From: Epiperipatus broadwayi
Taxonomy: Eukaryota; Animalia; Onychophora
Direction of reading: 5' to 3'
Length of the DNA: 64,000 nt
Assembly (NCBI GenBank): GCA_028023455.1
Contig: JAQFVV010000003.1
Coordinates: 6,386,001-6,450,000, forward strand
Part shown: piece by piece, positions 53,231-64,000 of the stretch
Layout of the letters: every line of letters starts with the position of its first letter
Position numbering within the stretch: the first letter of the stretch is position 1
Notes under the pieces: generated by a model
The model's database searches: none
Seen by the model: the letters and a program-made list of their open reading frames with translations, nothing else
What the model was told of the DNA's origin: nothing
Made by a program: the position numbers and the translations under genes

Positions 53231-56200
53231 AATAAGCAATGATAATGCATCATCTAGCTATGTTACAACTGGATTCAAATCCAGGCTGAATAAATTTGAA
53301 TTTTTAAATGGGTTTAGGATCTTTCTTTTGGTTAGTGTTCCTACAACTCTCCTATCTAACTATCTAATATTGATCAGTAAATGGGTACCTAGCTATTCTT
53401 CGATAGAGGATAACGTAAGAATGTAAAAGCACTCAACACCTGATATTTGTAAGACTAGTGATTACTACCTTCTCCTTTATTGTTTATCTATAAGGTATTG
53501 ATTGAAAAGGCCAGATGTCTTTTCCCTGCAGTAAAGTATATATTTTTATATATGAGTATGTGTCTACAGTGTGCCACAGTGGAAAGATGTTTGGTGATTG
53601 ACTTTCTCTCCAAACTATCTGCAGTGCCATCTCTGAATCAATACATATATTCCATAGTAGATAGTTTAGCTATTTATCACAAAAATTTTAAGGTATTAAA
53701 ATGTCTGGACCATGAATTAAACATGAAATGTATAAATGTTTCTATTTTAACCCATAATGGAATAATGAACTAATATTAAATTTTGTTTGAAATTGAGTAA
53801 AACTACAAATAAAATATTTGAAATGATTTAAACTGTGCATGGTGGTTAAGCTATAAATTGAAAAAAATGTTTCCTAGTATTTTCCAAGACTTTGTGATTA
53901 CAAGGAGAGCATTGGAGATGATCTGTTAAACTAAATCATGTGAAACACACATGTTGATTCAGAGATGGTGCCGAATGTATCTTGGATTAAGAACCAATCA
54001 CATTTTCAAAGGAAACCCCGTGTATGTAAATATACATATATTGCAATCGCTTCTATCAAATTATTAATCTTAATATATTTTTAAAAGAAAAAAGAGAGAA
54101 CGTATCCAAGGAATAATAAAAATTATACCTACATATATATTAAATTCATAATCATACTATTTCAACATATAATACCCAAATAATAATAATAAAATTAATA
54201 ATTATATTTATTAATATTCAATTATAGTATAGATGCTCTTAGTGCGATATATATATATATGGGATTAAAGGATTATGGGTGCATGCTCATATAATTTTGG
54301 GTTAGTCATTCTTTTTTTTTAAAAAAAAAAAAACTACAATATGAAAATATTAATATTTATTATTTCTTCATTTTGAATAGATTGTAAAAATTAAACTATT
54401 ACAAAAAGCTCCCCCTCCCCTACAATATATATAAAAAATCAAATTATAATTGTTTCACAACTAATAGGTTAAGAAATAAAGAATTATGCATTGTTAACAT
54501 ATGAAGATTGTTATAAAAAGAAATGTGCACATTTTTGCTTTATGGAAAAAAATAAAATATGTCTAAAAAGTTTGTCTTAGAAAAGAATAAGTATTTTGAA
54601 GCAATATCTTAAGTTAAAACTTTTTTAAACCTGTTAAGTCATATCAATTTTCTAATAATTTTAGAGATAATTAAAATACAATATTAATTAAAACAAGATT
54701 CAGGAATTATGTATTCTTTAAAAAGAAATAATCCATTAATATCATTTTTTAAAAAATGCAAAGAAATTCTCATATATATATATTGGAATAATAAGCCTCT
54801 TTTGAAAAGAAAATATTAAAAATCTAAGTTATTACCTATAGAAAATAAGTGCGCCATTAACTCTTTTTAAGAAAAGAATGAATTCCAGAAAAAGTCGACT
54901 AATTCGTTCTGGATATATTTAAAAAGTAAAATGTCACAGTATTTCTTACTTGCAATAAAATGCTCAAACTAGCTATATACCAATCTGCAATATATAAGAA
55001 TAATATAAACCTAAAAAGCTTACATTGGAATAAATTTAGAAATAAAAAGAATATTTAAATAATACGTGTCTTATTTATAGGAATAAATATTTTAATAGCA
55101 TTTACATTAAAAATCTAGGCACTTTAAAAAGACATTATTTGATTAAAGAATGATCTCAAAAGTTGTAACATTATATTTTAACAAGAAGGAAAGTTTAATA
55201 TTTTTATACATTATATAACATAACTATGTACTTTAATTTATAATTATGATTATACTTGTGTTATTACAAAAATAATAAAACGAATAAAGGGAATTTTTTT
55301 TCTTATAAAATATTGGGGATAGAAGATGGGGGTTGTGTGTGTACCAAACCTTCAATCTTAACTATATTAACATTTCTTAAAAAAATAACTAATAATTACA
55401 AATTGTACATTTATTTATTTTATTGTTTGTGCCAAAGAAAAATAATTTCTTCCAAAATATAATTATTACTAATAGCAGTACTTACTTATATACTATATGT
55501 AAGGCTTATTCCTGGAAATATAGCTATGAAGTTATTTTCATCAATTGCTTATTTAAAAAATTGCATTTGAAAAGGGATTTAAGCATAATCTCTATTTTTA
55601 TTATGTATTTATGCTATATAATGTTTTCTGAATTTTCATAATTCAAATACCAAAACAGCATTTAATCTTATATCCAAATGGCATTTATTCACACTATTAA
55701 CTTATATTTTGTATTTACTAATTGAATGAATCAGGGATAGAGCATTAACTAAAGAACGTTTGGGATCATTATTATTTATAAATCTCTAAATTGCTGGCTT
55801 GCAAATGAAATTGAATGGCATCATACCAATAAGACAATTATTTAAACCTGTTATAACATTATGTGTATTTTATTTATTAAAGAAGAAAGATCATTAGTAG
55901 TTCATAATTACATATTGAGATCTTAAATCTCATTTATAGGGAATGTGTATGATTTGATTTTGGAGGAATCTTCATTAGATCTCCATGAACAATTATCCAA
56001 GGTTCATTTTCTCTTTTTCTTAAGTTACTTTTATCATAATCACACTCACTGATAGTTACGTCTTTATTAGTCATTAGTTCTAGAAGATCTTTACAATTTA
56101 TTTGAATTTATAATTTGATTATTTGTTTAATTATAATTTGATTTGGCTTTATGACTTGAGTCATTTACTTTAATGTCTATATCAGAGGTATCAATTTTTA

Positions 56201-56623
56201 GGAATATTATTTCACCTAATGTCATTCTAATAATTTGTGTTTAGATCTATGGCCACATATATGTCTTTTAGTGTCAGTAGGGTGAAGTAAAATATATTTA
56301 AATTATAAACGATGTTTTTTTTTAATTGTTTATAAACGATGTTTGATCTAAAGTTCTCCTGCAAAGAACAATTTGAATTAAGATTTTTATTTATTTAATA
56401 AATTATTAATAAATCTGTTAAAGTATAAACAATAAAACATTAAAACCTTCTAAATCAATTTTTAGGCTTCATTTCTTCAGCAATATTCGTTTCACACTCT
56501 CTCGATATAAATAAATAAATACATAGATAATAGGTAGATGGAGAGATAAATAGAAAGATGAATGAATAGATAGATAGTTCAATTGGCCAATAAATAAATA
56601 GGTAGCTAGTTAGCTAGATGGAT

Positions 56624-57178
<555 letters not shown>

Positions 57179-57534
57179 ATTCACTGATAGTAAAATGAAT
57201 AATCTATTATCCTGCCATCCCAGTAGTGACTTAAAGTATAAATCCATGTGGATTTTGGAAACACTTTCAAGTGGCTTAATAAATTTGTGTTTCTTTAGGT
57301 AAATAGTTCATACTTAATTCAATTAAAAAATTAATATTGGTTGATAAATGAGTATTTAGTTGGTCTTTAGGAAAGCATTAACAAAGATACACTTGCAATC
57401 TGGATTAGCCAAATGAATAGTAATATTCTGATTGCAAAAACAACAACAACAACAAGTGTAATGTGAAGTTGCCATAATTACTGTTGAAGAAAGTGCAATA
57501 TATATAAATGAACCAAGTCTTTGGTTTATTTTGA

Positions 57535-60290
57535 TATCATCATCATCAATCATTATCAATCCACTGCAGGATGAAGGTGTCTCCAAGTTTAATCCATCTT
57601 CTCCGATCTTTAGCTTCTCTTCTCCACAACACCCCTGCACATTTTCTTATTTCATCCATCCATCTCACATGTGGTCTCTTTCTGGCTCTTTTACAATCTC
57701 TTGGAATCCAGTTTAAAATTTCAATTGTCCATCTATTATCATCTCTTCTAACAATATGTCCAGCCCAACTCCATTTCAATCTTTTAATTTTTTCAATAAG
57801 GTCAGTAACACCTGTTTGTTGTCTTACCCATACATTGCGTTTTCAATCTCTTCTTGTTACTCCCAACATACATCTCTCTATACTCCTTTGAATGGTCTAA
57901 AGTCTCTGTATTGCTCTTCTATTAAGTGTCCAAGTCTCAGATCCATAAGTCAGAACTGGTAAAACACATTTGTTAAAAACCATCCTTTTCAAACACATAG
58001 GCATATTTCCTTTTAGTATCAAGTTATTTCTACCAAAAGCACTCCAACCAAGTTTAATTCTATGATTAATTTCCTCCATTATGTTTCCATCTGTATTAAT
58101 AATCTGACCAAGGTATTTGTAACTGTTAACTTCTTCTAATTCTTCATAATCAATCTTTATTTTCATATTTTGAGCAAATCGATTAAACATTACTTTAGTC
58201 TTTTTAACATTTATCTTTAGTCCTACTTTTCTACTTTCATCTGCTAACTCCTGCAACATTTCCTGCAGCTCTGAAGCATTATTTGCAAAAACAACTACAT
58301 CATCTGCAAAATCTAAATGACTTAAATACTCTCCATTTACTTTCACTCCTTTAGTTTCCCATTTTAATCCACAAAATACTTCTTGCAGCACTGCTGTAAA
58401 AAGTTTTGGAGATATGGAGTCACCTTGTCTTACACCTTTCTCAATGTTGGTTTTTCCAGTATCATTATGTAATCTAATTGTTGCTGTTGCATTTTTATAA
58501 ATATTCTTTAAAATATGACAATATCCTGGATCTATACCTTGATGATCCAATGCTTTAATCACTGAAGAAATGTGTATAGAATCAAATGCCTTTCATAATC
58601 TACAAATCCAAAACATAATGACAACTCATATTCATTTGTCCTTTCTATGACTTCTCTCAATACCTGGATATGATCTATTGTACTAAAACCACTTTTAAAT
58701 CCAGCTTGTTCTATTGGTTGGTGAAAATCCAAAGTTCTCTGTAGACGAATTGTAATTATCTTGGTAAAAATTTTATATAAAACTGATAAAAGGCTGATAG
58801 GTCTGTAATTTCTAATATCTTCTTTATCACCTTTTTTAAATATTAATATTATTACTGCATTCTTCCAATCTTCCGGTACATCTTTATCATTTAGACATTT
58901 AGTATATAACTTTGCTAAAATTGTTTCTATTTCTTCACCTGCTTCTTTTAATATATCAATTATAATTCCATTATTTCCTGGAGCCTTTCCTTTCTTCATA
59001 CATTTAATTGCATGTCTCACTTCTTCATTTAAAATTCTGGGCAATTCAGAAGATGTAATAGATATAGGAGGTGCTTGTTCTTTATTACTATATAATTCTT
59101 GATAAAAATCTTCTACCAATTTCATGATGTCATCTCTCTTTTTAGTAATAATTCCATCTTTTTTTCTTATTGCAGATATAAATTTCCTACCAATACCAAA
59201 ATGTTATTTAACATTCTTGAGACTTTTACTTTCTTCTACAGCTTTCCTTGCTATTTTACAGTTATACTTTCTTATATCATTTTCAACTCTTCTCCGTACC
59301 ATTTTACAAAATTTGAGATATTCAATTCTTTTTAATACATCATTTTTGTATATCTTCATATTCCTTCTTTTCTTCATAAATTCTCTAGTCTCAGTAGAAA
59401 TTTTATTAGTCAATTGCTGCTTTTTTCTACCAGCTATCTTTGTTGCAGTTTTTAAAAGTGTATCAGTTATTTTTATATTAATTTCATTCAAATCTGAATC
59501 ATGTTCAAAATTTCCTAACACTTGAAACCTATTTGTAAGTTCTAATTTAAATTCATTAGAATGTTTCTGAAGATTAGGAATATCAACTGTAAATATTGTT
59601 TTTCTTAATAATTTTTGTCTCTCTAGTTTTACATTAACACGTAACTTACACCTTACTAATCGATGATCACTTCCTGTGTTAAATTTATTAAGAACATTAC
59701 AATCTTGAAATATGTATTTTCTGTTAGTCAAAATATAATCCAATTCTGCTGTACCTTCATTTGGATTTTTCCATGTCCATTTCCTTTTAACATTTTTCTC
59801 AAAAAATGAATTCATAATATAAAGTTTTTCTTTTTCTGCAAACTCCACAAGTCTATGCCCTCTCTCATTTCTATTACCATAACCAAAATTACCTACAGCA
59901 ATTTCATCTTTCATTTGTCTACCTATTCTAGCATTAAAGTCTCCCATAACAATTTTAAAATGTTGTTTACTCTGATGAAAAGCCTTTTGTACATCAATAT
60001 AAAAATCTTCTACTACTTCATCACTATGAGAACTTGTTGGGGCATAAACCTAAATTATCTGCATTTGGTATCTGCTATTAAGTTGTATAACTAATCTTGC
60101 CACTCTGTCTGATACACCATCAATCTCCACAATATTGTTCTTCCACTTTTTATTTATAATGAATCCTACTCCACTTGTATTTCCAATATGTGTGCCTTTA
60201 TAATAGAGTATATGTCCACTTTTTAAATCAATTGTTTCTTCACCTTTTCTTCTAACTTCACAAAGTCCAATAATGTCCCATCTGAGTACC
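57535..60290 (-). mobile_element. RTE-clade LINE, slightly 5'-truncated, frameshifted (APE endonuclease + RT)
   Basis: WDIIGLCEVRR, MGDFNARIG, SDHRLV, KGKAPG, NYRPISLLS, QAGFKSGFSTIDHI, GVRQGDSISPKLF, HLDFADDVV, YKYLGQ, WSWAGHIVRR; (TGA)n tail near 57535. Confidence 0.97.
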
Positions 60291-60317
60291 ACCTAAAAAA
60301 ACTGATCAATCACTTTG

Positions 60318-60357
60318 CAAGATACATGTATTTCAGGAAATCTTCCCTCATCAGCTG
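60318..60357 (-). ncRNA. Type I hammerhead ribozyme motif with intact catalytic core
   Basis: cag CTGATGA ggga-agatt-tcct GAAA tacatgta TC ttg; stem III region ATACATGTAT is a perfect palindrome; stem I only 3 bp. Confidence 0.7.
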
Positions 60358-60854
60358 TCTAGATTGCTGTCCATGATTTACCTTAGATTAATATTAAATT
60401 GATCAACTTGGTGTTAAAGCATCAATAATCAATGCAATAGTCTTGTATAAATCAATCTATTAAATTCAGTTAAACATGAAAGTCATTCAAAATTCATTAT
60501 TATAATTAAACTTTAAATAATGAATCAAACATCTAGATATGTAATTAAATAAATAATTGTAATTAATGTTATTGTGCTATGTTTATGTAATTGATTGATA
60601 GCATTATTATTGAAGCTCATGAGGAAAATGTATTACGCACAATGATTGATCAGTTTTTGTATGTGATAAAACAATGAATGTTTCAAGCACTGTCGTTGGA
60701 ACTTACATCTATCCAAGTTATATTTACATATATTTTTAATGCATCATATTTACATATCTGATTTATTATTCTGGGTTTATTTGGTAGAATGAGTTTTACA
60801 CAGTCACTTTGATAATGTTTAAGTGCATTCAAATAAAACAACCTATAAAAAAGT

Positions 60855-60951
60855 TGTCAAGTGCTGGTGGCCAAGTGGTTAGCACAGCTGCCTTACAAGC
60901 AGTTGTCCTGAGTTCGCTTCCCAGCCGATGCTTTGATACATGAAAAAAAAA
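60855..60951 (+). mobile_element. tRNA-Val-like SINE copy 4
   Basis: gtggttagcacagctgccttacaagcagttgtcctgagttcgcttccc closely follows eukaryotic tRNA-Val(UAC); A tail; short aaaaaagt flanking repeat. Confidence 0.85.
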
Positions 60952-61560
60952 GTATTGCACTGTTTATTAACATTTTAATATCAAGTTAGTTAATTTTATG
61001 TTATTAATATAAAAATGTTAATTATATTTAAAGTTAATAATGGGTGAAGCTCTAGACAATTGATGGGAGACCTTTTTTAAAGATATGCATCTTGCAGAAT
61101 GTTTTGTAAGTTTTTTTATGTGGTATGGCAGTCAAATAGTTAATATTTCAAACACTGAAATTGGAGCTTCCATTTATTGTAACACAAAGATAGATAAGTC
61201 AACATGTTTATAACTGATATTTTGAGTTGAATATGATACTAGATAATTTATAAATGAACAGTACTGTATTTACTGACACACATTACTCATATATGTGTAT
61301 ATGTGTTTAGGTATATATAGCAATAATTGGCTTATTCAGGGGGGAAAAGTCACTTTATTTTTAAGTTTCCATCTTTTATTTTAAAATCATTGTTATCTCA
61401 AATCAAGCCCAGGAAAAATACATAACTTTTGTAAGAATTCAATAGTAAAAATTACAAATTCCCAAAATGTTAAGAAATAAAACAAATCATAAATGAACTA
61501 GTAATACAAATATATGAATTTGATGTTTTCCTGAAGGTTTGTGATAATTGTGTTCTAGTC

Positions 61561-61755
61561 GTATTTTTATACTGGACTATTTCCATCATCTAATATGAGT
61601 ATTGAATGTCTTTAGAAAAATTTAACTTCATTTAAATATTCCAAATACATACTAACCTGGGTGCTATGTATTTGAAATATTTAAATAAAGGTAAATTTTT
61701 CTAAAGACATTCAGTACTTATATTAGATGATGGAAATAGTCCAACATATAAATAC
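61561..61755. repeat. Foldback palindrome (~95-bp arms)
   Basis: ggactatttccatcatctaatatgagtattgaatgtctttagaaaa mirrored by ttttctaaagacattcagtacttatattagatgatggaaatagtcc; one arm also occurs at ~44148-44240. Confidence 0.85.
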
Positions 61756-62089
61756 AAATATGAATTTGATCTTTCAATAACAAATATAAAATTATATTAA
61801 GATTAATTAATTATATATCTATCTTTCAAATCTTGTAATCAATAATTAACTAAAAATATTTGGAACTTTCTGGAAGCAGAATAATATTTAGAACCACATT
61901 TTACTAAATATATGTAACATATCATTATCATATAGTAAACTATTTAAAGTAATTGGATTAAAATAATTTGAAAATTATAAATGATTATTTATTAACGCTT
62001 TAAATATTTTAAACAGCTAGCTTTAATAATAGGTTGTACTTTATTAAAATATAATAAATCATCATTTTAAACTATTATTAATCCATTAT

Positions 62090-62940
62090 AGAATGAATTC
62101 CTCTTTATGCTTAATCCAGTTTCTCCAATCCATAGTCTTTCTTCTCCACATAACACCAACAAATTTCCATATTTTATCAACCATTCATTCAATCATTTTC
62201 TGGGTCTTTTTATTAGATTCAATTTAAAACATCAATGATCTATCTATTATCATTTTTTTCTAGAAACATATCCAATGCAGTTTTATTTCAATTTTTTAAT
62301 ATTTTGAGTGATGTCAATGACACTTGTTTGTTTTCTCATCCACGTATTTCATTTCCAATCTCTTCTTGTTATTCCAACATACATTTCTCTAATACTTCAT
62401 TGAGTAATCTGAAATCTTTGTAGTTCTTCTGTTAAGTGTTTAAATCTTAAATCTGTAAATTACAAACCTTCCCTTTCAAATACATAGGCATATTTCTTTT
62501 ACTTATTATTTCTACCAAAAGTATTCCACTTAAGTTTAATTCTATGATAAATTTCATCCATTATGTTTTTATTTGTATTAATAATCTGACAAAGAGATAT
62601 GTAGCTCTCAACTTCTATCAACTTATAATTGATAGTTAACAATCTTTATTTTTTTTCTTCTGAGAAAATCCATTGAACATTATTTTAGTTTTTTTTTTTC
62701 ATTTATTTGCAGTCCTACTTTCTTACTTTCATCTTATAATTCTTATAACAGTTCCTTAAACTGTAAAGCATTATTTTCAAAAACAACAACCCCGCATCAT
62801 CTGTAAAATCTACATGACTTAAATAAGCTTCTTGTATTTTTAATCTTTTAGCTTTCCATGTTAATCTACAAAATACTTTGTGTGACACTGATATAAAAAG
62901 GTAGAGATATAGAATTACCATGACATATACTTTTCTCAAG
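62090..62940 (-). mobile_element. Older, decayed RTE LINE 3' fragment
   Basis: YLSHVDFTDD and a collinear match to the 57540-58400 region of the RTE copy, with deletions. Confidence 0.8.
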
Positions 62941-64000
62941 ATTAAGCTTCATGTAATCTGCATTTTGATAAATATTATTTATATTATACATTATTAAAGC
63001 ATGATATTTGATAAAAGTTCTATTTCCCAATAATCATTGCGGTTTATACATTTATAGTAATACCTTTCTTGGTTTGTAAATAATTGATTTCCAGACAAAA
63101 TATTAAATGATTTCCAACACAACTTTAAAATATAAAATCAGAATCTTTACAGTCAGTATGTGTTATTTCTTATAGATTGGTAAGTTTTCATAAATTTGTT
63201 TACATAACCTCAGCCCATAGAGATACTTCATTATATCTATGTATTAGATGCAGATACTAATGTTAGGATTTTTTTGAGCTCCAGAGGCAAAAAAATAATT
63301 CATTCAAGTGTTTTTTTTCATCTACTCATCCTGCAATATCTCTAACCAAGAAGATTCTAATCTGCTATTCAGCAGATAACTTATTTTCTTTTAATATCTT
63401 TTGCTATAATTGTTTAACTTCTGTAACTTGAACAATTTCTCTATTAACTACAACCATCTATTATATAGAGATTTGAATGTTTTGCCAATAGTTTGTTTCA
63501 GAAGAAATATTTTGAGAATTGCTTTTACAATACTGTTTTAGGATTTATTTCTGTTTATCATAAACACTTTAATCCTTTAATGAGTTTGACATAAAACAAA
63601 AATAAATATTTTTTATTATTATCAAATCTAATTACAGGAGGAAATAAAAATAAAAATTTCAATTAATTTAAATGAAAGAAAGTAAAATTGTCTATTCAGT
63701 TAAAATTTAGAAGTGAACCTAATTAATTAAAGAAAATATTTTTTGAATAGTTTAATATTTCAACTTATATAGATATATGTATGTATGATTGTGTCTATTA
63801 TCCACTACGAGATAAAAATGAAATATTTCATATCCTTCTCGTTTAAAGAAAAATATTACATTTTTTAAAAATCTTCTTTGTTAAATGTTTTTTTTTTTTT
63901 ATTAAATTCTAATAATACTTTTTTCTCTTACAAATCTCGTCAATTTCCGTATAGGATCATTCAACGAGTTTTCTTAAAATATAATATTTTTTAGTGTACC

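Noticed and set aside
57531-59525. Plus-strand ORFs overlapping the RTE
   Set aside because: Antisense shadows of the minus-strand RTE ORF.

Overview
AT-rich eukaryotic (metazoan, probably invertebrate) genomic DNA; no prokaryotic genes or CRISPR arrays. The only host gene I can support is the 5' part of a novel-class protein kinase C (PKC delta/theta type) on the minus strand. Two confident exons encode the N-terminal C2-like domain (51138-51368, 28991-29187) and are separated by a ~22 kb intron. A candidate upstream coding exon lies at 53053-53122 in a CpG-retaining region. I could not find the next exon in 1-28990. The rest is intronic/intergenic and full of mobile DNA: five decayed Penelope-like (RT + GIY-YIG) fragments, three RTE LINE copies, an old LINE with gag-like ORF1 and endonuclease remnants, a Merlin DNA-transposon deletion derivative with intact TIRs and 8-bp TSD, a probable hAT remnant, four copies of a tRNA-Val-like SINE, MITE/foldback elements and satellites. 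The most striking unannotated signal is about a dozen type I hammerhead ribozyme motifs, several with palindromic stem III (dimer-type). Some end Penelope elements as expected. Others sit in at least three different small non-coding repeat families (about 190, 368 and 416-423 nt units) with retrozyme-like architecture, including one copy whose 5' end falls exactly at the predicted self-cleavage site. All copies carry lesions, and ribozyme activity is inferred, not shown.
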